A DNA stretch of 64,000 nucleotides from Hemiscyllium ocellatum (Eukaryota). A program made the translations under genes and the position numbers. The notes under the pieces are model-generated. The model worked only from the letters and a program-made list of their open reading frames with translations. It searched no databases and had not been told where the DNA came from. Shown piece by piece: positions 1-12,475 of the stretch. The stretch covers positions 64,294,001 through 64,358,000 of the forward strand of contig NC_083413.1 in the NCBI RefSeq assembly GCF_020745735.1, written 5' to 3'. Within the stretch, counting starts at the first letter, position 1; each line of letters opens with the position of its first letter.

Positions 1-224
1 AGCATTTATGGTCTTCCCTAATTGCCTAGACAACAGTTAAGAGTCAATCACATCACTGTGGGTCTGCAGTCACATATACATCAGATCAGGTAAGGATTGC
101 AGATTTCCCTGAAGGATATATATTACTGTTTAATGATATTAATGAAAGGGAATAACATCAGCATGTTTGCCTATCCGTTAGTTATCTGCTCACAGAATTT
201 CATTGGTTGCTGGTCATTGTCAAT

Positions 225-715
225 TGAATATCTTGACTTAAAATTCATATCCTTGTTCCTAAGTGCCTCCATAGCTCCACATCTTCCTGACTCTAATATT
301 TTTTCAGCCCAACAACCCTGTGAGATCTGAGCTTTCCTCCAATTCTGATATCTTAAGCACTGCTGATTTTCAGCACTCCACCACTAGCAGCTGTGTCTCA
401 TGAAAGAAATAAGACTTGTATTTATGTAGAACTTACCACAACTCTAGATGTCTCAAAGTGTCTTTCAGCAGTAAAGTTTTTTTTTGTTGACGTTGCAGAA
501 AGATGGTAGTCAATTTGCCCCTTTGCCTAATTCCTAATTGCTGGAATTACTTGCCAAAACTTCCCTTTCCTTCTTGCTTCTTTAAGAATACTCATTAAAC
601 TTACCTTTTCATAGTATCTCTTGTGTGTTTCTATTTTTATTTTATTTTATAACATTCCTTGAAAGTAGAGTGGGACATTTTACTTTGTTTAAGGAGCTAC
701 TGAAATGCCTGTTGT
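225..715 (+). mobile_element. Old L2-type LINE 3' fragment(s)
   Basis: Degenerate L2 3'-end wording; similar tails near 36830-36930 and 39790-39960. Confidence 0.45.
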
Positions 716-1484
716 CATATCTAGAATTTCACAATAGGTTACAACTTACTTAAAAAGCTTTATTTGTGTAATTTATGTTTTCAGCTGATATTTACATATA
801 AGGTTTGCAGATATCAATATTTTATTTACCAATAGCTATGAAAATATGGAAAAACACAGATATATATGAATGTGTTTCATAACTGCTCTTTATAAAAGGC
901 TATGTAAGAAAATGTTTGACAACAGCAGCTTGACAACAATAATACATGTCAGCGATATTTTGTCAAGGATAAGGGAAAGAGGAACTATTGCCTAATCATA
1001 TTTGACATTCATATAGAACTAGGTGAAAATTAATAACATCAACTTTGATCATCGAACAAGATTTTCTTTTGGTTTGCAATGACTAACTTATAGATTTAAC
1101 TACATCTTTAGTAACTAGGCCTTCATCATTTCTCTTGTAAAGAGAAAGCTTTTTGAAAATAACATGATAATACTGACACAACTGTTAAAGGTAACAGCTG
1201 GTTAAGTCTACATGAAGATGCTAAATCCTGGTCATTAGAAATAGAAACTTTAAAGTGTCCTTTCCTATGAGGAAACTCTTGCTGTGGTTCTTTCAGCACT
1301 TTAAATCATTCGTCACAATTATTTATTAACTAGTCAACCTCCTGTGGTACTACATATCAGGCTAGTGTGCATGAGGTAATTGGATCAGGGCATGAAGATG
1401 TAATTCAATCCCACTTTAAAATCCACCATATTTTCCTTTTACAAATTTCTACATAAATACTTCTACTTTTAACAGTATTGCATT

Positions 1485-1760
1485 ATATCACAGAATTCTT
1501 ACAACACAGGCCATTCAGCCCATTGTGCCTGCATCAGCTCTTCAAACAAGCATTATGACCTTGTGTCAACATCCTGCATTTTGCATACTATTTTTATCCA
1601 AATTATTTAGTGCATAATGAATTCTTAAAATAAACCTGCTTCCACATTTCAAGCAGTCCATTCCATGTGATTTATTTTTGTCACATCACCCTTTCTTCTT
1701 TTGCATATCATTTCAAATCTAGGCTCTCTTGTTTTTGTTCCTTTAATGAGAGAGGCGTAT
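1485..1760 (-). mobile_element. Degenerate CR1 3' fragment
   Basis: ACAGGCCATTCAGCCCA 3'-UTR motif resembling other CR1 ends. Confidence 0.5.
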
Positions 1761-3159
1761 TTTCCAATTCTTGCCATTGATGGGGTTGCATCAGTTGCCA
1801 TGGAAAAACTGATAAAAATATTATCAGAGATTAAGTTTTCAATATGTATATTTATCTATTAATATAATAAAATGTATCAGTTGTAAGAATATGATAAATC
1901 ATGTCCTGAAGAAAAGCCCAGTTGTCCTGTTAACCTCATGCATAGTACACACATTCTGCCCTTTGGTAGACTATAGTAGAAATAATTTGAAGTAATTCCC
2001 TGCAGCAGACGTAAATTAATTAAAACTCCAGAACAGGTATGTGGTTCTGCAGTACTCAGCTTTATTTCCCTTGCTTACAACAAAAGCTTCCACTAAAATA
2101 AATGGAAAGAACCATGACAGACCAGGTGACACTAAGTGCATATTTGTTACTTAATTGAAGATCAGCTTTATTTTATATTTTGTGTTGATACAAAGTGGTT
2201 TTACCTTCACATTCATGCAATATGTGTAGTATAATTCAATCGCTGGATTCAAACTTATCAAGTAGTAAAGACCAACTCAAGGACTAACTTGACCTTTCCT
2301 AACGGTACTACAGGTTTGCCTAAACTACAAGGACAATAAAGGTTCAAAAAGCTGACTCACCACAACCTTCTCAAGGATGGTTAACAAACGCTGGTCTAGT
2401 CAGCCAAAATCGCCCACATCTTATGAATATTTTTTCTTTTAAAACTAGCTTAGTTTTGTGTATCATTGTCAAAGGTTGAGGAGTTTTTATCCTTTATCTT
2501 TAATCATTTTAGTGTAAGCAGAATGTTGACTGTCATGTGAACTATTTATTATCATTGAAATTTAACCACTTTTAGATTGAGAGAAATTCTGTTTTAGCTG
2601 GTCTGAGAATTATTAAGAGATAGCAGCACAATTCAGATCTGCCTTAATTCTCTAAGCAGATGCCAATCTCAAATTTGAAACTGCAGTACAACTTCTTTAC
2701 TCATTTATACTTTGAATCACGTCACAAAATCCAACATATAAAAGATATACAGTTATAAGTTGCGTCCAAATCTGTTAACTCCGCTCATCTCTTTGAAATT
2801 GTAATGCCAAAGTGTCCATCTACCAAAAAAGTCCGTTATTTATGAAGTGTGCTGTGTGAGCAGCAGGCCAGCCATTAAGTATCAATTGTAAGTGATGGGA
2901 GGTCAGTTTAAAAAGAAATCTGGGAAAATCTATACTTTTAAGTTCAATGACTTGGCAGTTGAAAGAGACCAGGTGTAGCTATTCATTTTCTCTAAACATA
3001 GAGTTATTTTTCAAATGAACCCAAGTATTTCAGCAAACCACAAAAAAATCCCCACAGTTATGTTCAAATCAGTGTGAATAACCTCTTGATACTAAATCTT
3101 ATATTTCTTAATTTTACTCAACTCAGCAGTGAGATTAGAATCTAGCATCTGATATCAGT

Positions 3160-3790
3160 TAGAGGGTCCTGGGTTTGAAGAGATTGAATATATAGAGTGA
3201 GGCCATGGAGAGATTTGAAAACAAGGACAAGGAATTTAGAGGCAGGTTTTACTTTACGAAGAGCCAATGTAAGTCAGAAAGCAGGGAGTCAATATGGGAA
3301 TGGTGATGCAAAAGCAATAGAATCATAATGACTTCATGTTTATGGAGAGTAATGGATTATAGGCCAACTGGTATGCTTAAAAATAATCAGGTGTAAAGGG
3401 GGAATGTGGATTTCAGCAGTTCGAGTTGAGACAGGGTGAAGTTGGGCAATATTATAGGTGGAAATAGGTGTTCTTAGTGATGGCTTGAATTTGAGATCTA
3501 AAAATCATCTCATGATCAAAGGATGAGAGCAAACTATTTCATCTCAGCTATTGTGAGGGGAGGATGGGGTTGATAATAAGGGAATAGAGTTTGGAGTAGC
3601 TACTGAAAACATTGTCTTCAGATTTCTCACACTTAATTGGAGTAAATTTCTGCAGGAAGTTAGATAAATTATCTGGTAATTAGCAACTGTGGAATAGGTA
3701 AGAAAGGCATTCAAGTCAATGTACATTCGAAGCCTTAGCATGAGAGTTGAACGTGCCAACACATGGTGGAGCCTAACACAGTACACACTC
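3160..3790 (-). mobile_element. Old L2-type LINE internal fragment
   Basis: Purine-rich degenerate sequence resembling the antisense strand of L2 ORF2. Confidence 0.4.
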
Positions 3791-4352
3791 CCATTTAGAT
3801 AAACCCAATTAGATTTGTTTCACAGAGCCACCTAAATCATATTGAATTTAAATGAAAATGTATTTGCACTTTACTAACTTAGATGATTTAAGTAGTCATA
3901 TTATTTCACAATTTGGATTCCACCCCCTACATAAACATTGTTTAGTTCTTGAGAAATGTTAGTGAGCTCTTCAGACCGAGCCATTAGGTAATGCATCATT
4001 ATTAAATTCTGCCTTAATTTACATGGTATTGTATTTAGCAAATAACATTAAAATTTGACTCTTAGTTGGAAAACGTATATTATGTTAATTGCACCTCAGT
4101 TCTAAAACAGGCATACATTTACACTCTGGTATCTAAAAGTCATTCTAATTTGGTGCTTGGCTTCAGCATAGCATGACAAAAGCAAGACTGCTTTTAAATA
4201 ATAACTTTGTACAATATCATATCCAAATAATTGCATTGTTGAGTTCATCATATAGCAAGCTAAGTGCCATTGCATCTGTACTTTGTTTAATGGAATAAAA
4301 AGTTGTATACTTATAGGTTAGTAAATAATCATTCTTTAACAAGTGGTAAAAG

Positions 4353-4358
4353 TTTATT
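4353..4358 (-). terminator. Candidate hes6 poly(A) signal AATAAA (a more proximal one at 4926-4931)
   Basis: AATAAA on the minus strand about 720 nt after the stop, preceded by U-rich and UGUA elements. Confidence 0.55.
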
Positions 4359-5077
4359 TAAACGACAAAACATAACAAAATTCCACTTACATGACAGACA
4401 TATATACGTACAATTAAAAAAAGGTTAATGTGCTAGCATAACATTGCCAATGTAACGGGGCTCAAATGCACAGGGATCAAGTATACAAGTTTCCTAAAGG
4501 CATTTCCCTAGAATTAATAAGAACATTTACATCTAACCTTTATGTCTTGCACAAATCTAATTCAGTCTGTCTTCCTTCACTGAAGGGAGGAACTGTGGAC
4601 CCTGTTACCAATAATTCTAGCTCCGAATTAATCCCTTTAAGGGAATATTAAAAACTTTGTTTTACCACTAAAAGTAGAGTGTTTTACATGTTCATTCATG
4701 TGTGCACGAGCATATTTGCACTTCAAAATGTAAAAAAAATTATTTAAACGTCGTGCTTTATCGAAGCGCTTTCATTTTTCTGTTCCTAAGAATTCTTGAT
4801 CTGGAGGCGCTAATTCCATTAGAAATGCATGACAGTACCTAAAATAGCTAACCTTCAATCTAGGATATCGGCCAATTGTTTTGTGATATTCCCAGTGCTA
4901 TTTTCGTTCAGTTTCTTTGACTGTATTTATTTCCCTATTAAACATAATTGCTGTACTTGTTACACACTCAGTATTGCTCATTGAAGGCAGTGATGACTTG
5001 CTACTGGCTTTTAAAACAGGAGAACCGATGTCCCATTCAAACTAGGTAGCTCTGTTATTTGACTTGGATCCATTCCG

Positions 5078-5535
5078 TTACCACGGCCTCCAGACCGATT
5101 TCGAATACATTACAGGAGACGTGCTCTCTGTCCTAGAGTTATCCACCTTTTCTTGCAGCAAAGGACTCTGTCCGGCAGCAGGCGAGTCCCCTTCATCCAG
5201 ATCGGAGCACAGGTCATCGCTGGAAGCAGTGGATGAGGGAGACAGTGCTGAGGGACTGTTCTGGATGCCACCTCCGGGGGACGCCAATAAATGGCACACA
5301 TCATCAGGCCCAGGCCAAACGCCGGAGGAGCCAGTCTCGGCCATTAACTCGCCCAGTAAATCCTGAAAGTGGTCTTCGCTCAATGGCATAGACTCCAAAA
5401 GGTGGTTCAGTAACTCGGCGGCCACTGCAGAGTCGATCCCGGGGCAGTTTGAGACGAAAGTGTGCACCTCATGCATGCACTGGATGTAGCCAGCTGCAAA
5501 CCTCTCGTTCGCTTCCTGGTTAAACCTGTCTGTTT
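5078..5535 (-). CDS. hes6: hes6 coding exon 4 (Orange domain, PEST-like region, WRPW)
   Basis: TTTGCAG|AAACAGAC; ends WRPW-TAA. Confidence 0.95.
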
Positions 5536-6178
5536 CTGCAAAGTAGGAAGAAAGGGGAGAAAAGAAAAAAGGTCACTTCCCATCGCCACAACTTTACCAC
5601 GGAAATGTAATGCTCGCCAGGATGGGGCTGTGCAGCGGCAGCGTTTGTCCAGGGAGCACTCCCCTTCTTACAGACCGATATTCCACACAGTACTCACCTA
5701 CATTTCTGTTGCGAAGTATGTTTTGCACACGTTTCACGGTCATCTCCAGGACCTCCGCATTCTCCATTTTCGACTGCAGCTGGAGAATATTTAGCACATT
5801 TTAGATTTTGAAATCATTTACTGAAATCTGAAGGACTTTTTTTTTGTTTGTTTCTCCCCCATCAGTACAACTTAAAACTCACTTCCGTATCCGCCAGGAT
5901 CAGTCTCAGTTCTTGCAAGCTTTCGTTAATGCGGGCTCTCCTCTTTTTCTCGATCAGTGGCTTGCGAGTCTGAAATCGGGAGGGGCAAGAGAAAAGCGCG
6001 GGGTGAGAACGCTATTTATTGCAAACCATGCACATTGCAAGACCCGGCGACTTAATACCACACACTTCCCTCCCGCTCAGTAACTGCACCGACTTACCTT
6101 CCGATCTTCTTTCACCGTGTAATAGTCCCCTTCATCCCTGAGAGAACCAGGTTTGCTGGGTTTGCACGATGGAGCCAT
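5078..6178 (-). CDS. hes6: Transcription cofactor HES-6 (bHLH-Orange-WRPW), 4 coding exons: 6178-6098, 5969-5883, 5779-5698, 5535-5078; 235 aa
   Basis: Spliced translation MAPSCK...EDRK|TRKPLIEKKRRARINESLQELRLILADTE|LQSKMENAEVLEMTVKRVQ...|ETDRFNQEANERFAAGYIQCMHEVHTFVS...AAELLNHLLESMPL...DDLCSDLDE...SVWRPW. All introns GT-AG, phases 0/0/1, 708 nt in frame. Short loop, ENAEVLE, LNHLLESMPL and DDLCSDL are HES6 hallmarks. Confidence 0.96.
5698..5779 (-). CDS. hes6: hes6 coding exon 3 (helix 2)
   Basis: CTCCAG|CTGCAGTCG...GTAG|GTGAGT. Confidence 0.92.
5883..5969 (-). CDS. hes6: hes6 coding exon 2 (basic region, helix 1)
   Basis: TTTCAG|ACTCGCAAG...GAA|GTGAGT. Confidence 0.95.
6098..6178 (-). CDS. 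hes6: hes6 coding exon 1
   Basis: ATG at 6178; ends AAG|GTAAGT. Confidence 0.9.
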
Positions 6179-6343
6179 GTTGTTTCGGGTAACAACAGCC
6201 TTCCCAATTTTTTTTAAAAAATGAAATGAACACAAAAGAAAAAGGGGAAATCCTCCCACCCGCAAGCACGTTTTTTTTCTGCTAGCAGCTGGTACGCGTA
6301 CAATCTCCTTTTTATTCAGTCTCGCCTGCTGTTGGCAATCTCT

Positions 6344-6374
6344 CTATTTATACCCTGCCGTTTGCATTTGAATG
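6344..6374 (-). promoter_or_regulatory. hes6 core promoter: TATAAATA (6345-6352) plus Sox-POU-like composite CATTCAAATGCAAAC (6360-6374)
   Basis: TATA box about 170 nt upstream of the ATG; same layout at the paralogue. Confidence 0.75.
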
Positions 6375-6490
6375 AGTGGAGAGCGGCGGGTCCCGGGGAC
6401 GCCTAGAGGTCATTAGCTTACCCAATGGCAGTGCAAGGCTTTGTGTCAGGTTCTGAGCTGTACTCTGCCTGCTGTCAGCCTCCGGCTGGC

Positions 6491-6500
6491 CACGTGAGAA
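6491..6500 (+). promoter_or_regulatory. Overlapping CACGTG E-box and RBPJ-type site CGTGAGAA
   Basis: CACGTGAGAA, 140 nt upstream of the hes6 TATA. Confidence 0.5.
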
Positions 6501-9500
6501 AATGGGACTTTTAAAGTTATTTGTTATGCAACTGCACCCTAACAAAACTGGACATTTTTTTTCCCTTTCCCTCTATTTAAAACATAACGCCACGCCGCCC
6601 TCACGTTTTCACAGCGTTGACTATCAATTCCACACCAGGCGACGCAAAATTAAACAAAATAGGCTCGACTCTGTAAAAATGGCCAGTGTTGCAGTCTCGA
6701 AAGCATTTATTATTCTTTTATGCGCTTCTAGGCAGAAGTGTCAGGGTAAGGAAGCGCCCTCCACACAAACAGGTACAACTTCACTGGGTAACAAAAATAA
6801 GACTAAAAATACGTGAAGCAATATCATTACCGACAACGTTGATATCTGAGGTTTAAAGTTAACCACCTGCTTAATTTTGTCTTTGAAATCAGGCAGGAAG
6901 GGCGTCTGGTATTGAATATCTTTTCATTCTTTATTGTTCAGCCCTACGCTAGGACAAAATTCTGGGTTTGTAGGTGAAATGTAACATGATGCTGAGAGCA
7001 GCTGCAGCCTCCCGCCAGAGTGAATCCAGTAAGAGCATTAGTCGATCCCTAAAGAGCAAGCGACAGGTGTTAGCTCTTGCTTCATTTGTTTTCCTCTTTC
7101 ACTGCTGGTAGCGTATATCTGTCATATTTGTTATATTCAAAAGTAAATCTATCCACCCCTCCGCCCCCACACTGACACACCCCACCCAACCATGCACTAG
7201 TTTCTGCAAAAGTGGTTTGCTCGGTACAAGATCAGCATAAGTCATGTGTTCCCTATTTTAAAAGCTCTTGTCAGATCAATTATGTAAATCGTACCCCTTT
7301 TAACTTGCTGCTATTATGTTTTACTAGAATAATAAACGCACACGATATTGTTCAGCATATTTTTCAGACTGGAAAAGGATAATGAGTATTTTCCATCCTT
7401 TAGAAATAGCCTCGAACTGTTTGCAGTTTGTATGGGAATGTTTTACTGGAATACAATAGAAATGTCTTTACATTGGCTCAGAGGCTGTCCGCTCGCCCAT
7501 GCTGTACTTTTATCGCTCAGTCTCTCTTACACTGCAGTTTAAATCCTCTAGTGGGGGCTATTTGGTGTGAATCGGTGCGGGGCGGGGCGGGGGAGGGCCC
7601 AAACGAACCAGCAATGGTTTCGGCTACAGTTCTTTCAAACATATTTGAATCCTAGCTGAATGCCCCCAGTGCTGTGATGTCTTACCGCTTTGAGTTCATG
7701 TGCATTTTGCACGTTTTGGCGTCTCACTGTATTATCGATGACATGTGAGTGCAATGTAAATATGTTTGGTCTCTATATTGGAGGGAACAAACAGCAAAAA
7801 ATGAAGCCGGCACATCATTGTACGCGCTTTTAAATGTTCAACAAATGATGTTAGTCCACCGCCCAACACCAAGTGAATTAATGTGACTAAAACATTGACG
7901 TATTTACTTGTTTTATTTATTTACTGGATATAGCAAGTTATTTACTACTGAAAAACAAAGCCTGGTTTCGATAGGAACCGAGGCTGTAAAGGCCTCGAGT
8001 GGTAATTAATTTTATGGACTTTTCAGTTGATAATTCAAGAAGTTGGTGCAGAGATGAAAAAAATTCCGCAATGAGCATCAAGGTTACAATTCGAAAGTTT
8101 TTTTCCCCCTGTTGTGTTGGCTGCTTGCCATGAACGTAATTGGGTGCAGTCATTATGCAACCTGGCCAGCAAATCCTGCAGCTGTCGCTGAAATCTTTTG
8201 TTTAGACCAAACAAGGCGTACCCGATTCTGGCTTTCAACATACATCATCAGTATTCAAGGATGGTTGGCTTGAGAAATAATTCTGATAATAGAGCGAACT
8301 GTGTGCCTCCCACCAAATAAATTACGAGGAATGCCTGCTAAATTGCCGCTGCGAGATTGAACAATTTTCTTCTCTGCTGTCCAGCACATGGAAAACCTGC
8401 CAGCGGGATGGTAGCGGAATGATTCTCTGTGCTAACATTGGTCAGTTTATATGGAGCATCCTGTTCATTCCTTCTGTTGAGAACTTTTAAATTGCGTTGA
8501 GACATTATTCGAGGAAGTGTTGTCCTATGACCCTTGCCAGGGACGGGGGTGCGAACCTAATGGGTGAACAGAAAATTGTGTTACCCATAGACAATTGCAG
8601 GAACACTCCGACAGCAAAATACCCATAAATAACGTACTGATTAATTCAGCCTTAAATTTCTGAAACGGGGAAGTGTTGTTCGCGAGCATATTGAGTTGTT
8701 CTCGACGTTATCAGAAGTGGCCCGATAACAGTGTGAAGAGGGACCACTATTTCCCCATTTGGGAACTTTCCTCTCCAGCCTTCTATATTGTGTGAATGTG
8801 AGCCAGTCTCCTAGAACCGGGAAGGGCGGGGCAAGGCCAAGGCCACTTGTTCCTCTCCGTCTACACCCCCACCCACACACACCCGGCCATCCACCACCAC
8901 CCCAACCCGTCTCTTTCTCTCTATCACTCACACGCGTCCTGTCTGGAATCAGGGTCAAAAAGTTCCAGGAGATTTCACCCGCCTGTGCGGACTTTGTTCT
9001 CGTTCTGTTCATATCACGGAACGTTATATCTCTTGAAGAAAGTAGAAGTATCTCGGTTAATTGAAAAGAAAGAAGTCCGTGATGCTATTTACAATTCAAT
9101 TACGTTTTAGAACGACCAAAAATGTTCTTACTCTACAAAATATACTGCCCAACGAGACTGCTAAATTTAGTGAAAAGAGCTGATTCCTATGCATTCTACA
9201 GTGAATCCAAATTCCGAATCGGCAGAGTATTATCATCACAAATACACGCGAAGCCTTCCAATTCACACCACGCTCTATAACGGTGTATGTATCAGTGCTA
9301 TAGAACATGGAACTTTTCAGTCTACTTATCGAAATAAACGTGTTATACATCGGTCTTAATGGAGATTTGAGTCGCAATCGTTTGTCATTCACAGTAAAAC
9401 ATTGGCCAGATTAATGGTGTCAAATACACAACCTGATTATGACACTCGCTTATTCGAATAAAGAAAAAGCCATGCACCTAATTCGGTAATTCTCGTTTTA

Positions 9501-9807
9501 AAGAAGCAACCTGAATGGTCAGAGAAAATGTTCACAAGTATTAAATGCGACTATGGTTTGTACGCGAATATTACACCAGAATACAATAGTAAAATTGTTG
9601 CGTTCAATTATACTTTGCTCCACATTTACTGCATTTTAAAATCCACGACTTCCATGTAAATGTAATTATTGTCTTTTTTGTTCTTCTTAACAAGGGGTTT
9701 GCTGGAGATTGACTGCATTATTAATAAAAGAACTGAACGTGTTACTTTCTGTTCATATTTTTAATAGCTCATTGTTTTCTATAGCAATGCATTTTTCAAT
9801 TATGTCA

Positions 9808-9975
9808 TGATTTGGAGGTGCCTGTTGGAGTGGGGTGTACAAAGTTAAAAATCACACAACACCAGGTTATAGTCCAACAGCCTTATTTGGATGCATTACT
9901 TTTTGAAGCGCTTCGAAAGCTAGTGTCTCCAAATAAACCTGTTGGACTATAAACTGGTGTGTGATTTTTTTTAAC
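9808..9975. mobile_element. Palindromic Penelope-terminus element (family P1), short
   Basis: Inverted arms ATCACACAACACCAGGTTATAGTCCAACAG / CTGTTGGACTATAAACTGGTGT around GAAGCGCTTC; homologous to the end of the Penelope copy at 56000. Confidence 0.8.
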
Positions 9976-10019
9976 CTGTCCGGTATGGGGAGCCATAGAT
10001 GCAGGTATCTCATAGGAGT

Positions 10020-10652
10020 TTGGTTTGCTTGCTTTTAATGGTCAGTACATTGACTACAGGAGTTGGGATTCATTTTGCGGTTATATAGGACATTGATTCG
10101 ACCACTTTTGGAATTCGACGTTCAATTCTGGTCTCCCTGCTATAGGAAAACTGTTGTGAAACTTGAAAGGGTTCAAAAAAGACTTACAAAGATGTTGCCG
10201 CGGTTGGAGAGTTCGAGCTATAGGGAGAAGCTGATAGGCTGGGCTGATTTCCCTGGAGCGTCGGAGCTGAGGGATGACCTTTTAGAGGTTTATAAAAACA
10301 TGAGGGGCATGGATAAGGTGAATAACCAAGGTCTTTTCCCAGGGTAGGGGAGTCCCAAACTAGAAGGTATAGATTTAAAATGAGAGGACAAAGATTTAAA
10401 AGGGACCTAAGGGAAAACTTTTTCACGCAGAGGGTGTTGCATATATGGAATGAGCTGCCAGAGGAAGTGGTGGAGGCTGGTGCAATTACAACATTTAAAA
10501 GGCATCTAGATGGGTATATGAATAGGAAGGGTTTAGAGGTATTTGTGCCAAGTTCTGGTAAATGGGACGAGATTCGGTTAGGATATATGGTCGGCAAGGA
10601 CGAGTTGGACTGAAGGGTCTATTTCAGTGCGGTACACCTCTATTACTATCTA
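10020..10652 (+). mobile_element. CR1 LINE 3' fragment
   Basis: ORFs LYRTLIRPLLE..VQFWSP..LERVQKR and FFTQRV..WNELP, plus CR1 3'UTR. Confidence 0.92.
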
Positions 10653-12469
10653 AATAATCAATGCACAAAACTCATTTTGGTTCTGACGACGAGGATGAGG
10701 GGAAGCATTTTATTTGCTAATTCTCAATTTGTATGTCGTGATACTCGGCACGGTTCTGTTCTGGGAAAAACTCAGTTCATCAGCATCGGTAGAGAGCGTA
10801 AACTTTACCATTTCTGGTCTGTGACAGAATTTCCACGATTTTCTGTTTTAAGACTACCAGCATTTACTGCATTCTGCTATTACAGAACCGATTTAACAGT
10901 AATATATACCCAGATACTAGATCCCATCTTTATAACTAGATTTCCCTTGTTCCCTTGTATAGTTCCCTTGTTCATATACATTTAAGTGAATAGTATTGTA
11001 TGTATATGTACTTTATCTGTTGGACCCCTCGTGAAAACAACAATCACTGAGACATTTGTTTTCAAGATACTTTAATGTGGAAACCCCAGAACTTTAAAAA
11101 AGTACACATAGCGCCTCATGGATTTTAAACTTCACATTAAAACAAACAAACGGCTTGGCCTTTAAATGGTTTCAGAGAAGAGTATGCACCAAAAAAGACT
11201 ATGTTCAATACGTTTCTCACCCTATAAAATTTGAATTATTAAACATCACAGAATAGTGTCTGTAGTTGTTGTTTCTCCCACTGTCATTGAACTACGGTTC
11301 CCACATGAAGCCCATTGTTTCTAGTGCTCTTTGCACTTCGATGTGTTTATAATTATTAAAAAGCATTGTGCCGAGCCTATTGCTCAGTGCCAAATGGTTT
11401 CAGTCATTGGCCACCATTGAGGTACTTGGCACGGGGCAGATGGGCACTGAACATTATGTAAAATGCACGGGGTTTTGTTTTAGTAACTGATTAGTTGGTC
11501 TTTCTCTCGGGCCTGAATCACAAAAGAGGGTCACTGAAATGGTAGGCAAAATGGGACTTGCAATCTTAAATACAAATGTTTTGTGCCTGGATTGTTCGCC
11601 GCTTTAGGACCGTGGGAACATTCCTTCCCAAATGTCGAGGTCATAGCCCAGTCGGCCAGGCTCGACTGTTAAAAAGCGACAGCTTTCACTCTCCAAAGAT
11701 CACAGCGAAACAAACCATTAACATGACGATCGGAGAAACTTCGGAAGTGTAGCACTTGTGTGATGTTTGTTTACGAGCAGCGCAATAGTTATCCTTTACA
11801 GTGTCCACTGAAAGGTTCACTGCTTGAATTCAATTCTCTCACGCCTCCTCCGTTTTATGAACGGAATTCGACACTTGTTGTTTAAAATGACTCCTCGTTA
11901 AACTTCTTAACACAGGCTGACTAAAGTATCACCATCCCCTGCAGTTCTGGGTTTGGGAATGGTGTCTTTGAAGTCGTTGTTTGGTTGGGTTTAAACTCGT
12001 TTCAAAATAACGAATATCTATTTAGGAAACATTGGGGCAGATTTAAAAGGCGAAATGTCCTGAAATGTTTGTGACCTCAGCCACTTTGAAAATAAATGAT
12101 TATGTGATAAATATAGATCACGTTTTATAACTTATTCAGGACCATTCAGCATGGGAGTTCTTGCGGTGCAGGGGACAGTGTTCCTGCAGAAGATCCGCTT
12201 CAAGTTCGGTGCGTCCGAACAGCAAATATGTTTTATAAAGAAAAAGGTTTGGCTGCAATGACAATGCGAAGGAAGCAATAGATTTCTTTTGTAAAACTCT
12301 TGCGTAAAGTCTTGTGATAGTGATGTCCATATTACCATCAACATGAAACAGTATGAAAAGGTTGAATGCTTTAAAGGCAGTGAAAAGGTTAATGCGCTCA
12401 GCGATGTAACCGATGACCAGGACACATTCATTGCCTATTACAGAATGAGACACAAACCAATTTTCAAAG

Positions 12470-12475
12470 TTTATT
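12470..12475 (-). terminator. Candidate her8 poly(A) signal AATAAA (distal alternative ATTAAA at 11071-11076)
   Basis: First AATAAA on the minus strand about 265 nt after the stop. Confidence 0.5.

Noticed and set aside
2005-2036. Possible plus-strand micro-exon (TGCAG|...RRKLIKTPEQ|GTATGT)
   Set aside because: Weak polypyrimidine tract, no partner exons, no recognisable protein
6375-6406. Paired RBPJ site at the equivalent position in the hes6 promoter
   Set aside because: No TTCYCAC partner at 15-17 bp spacing
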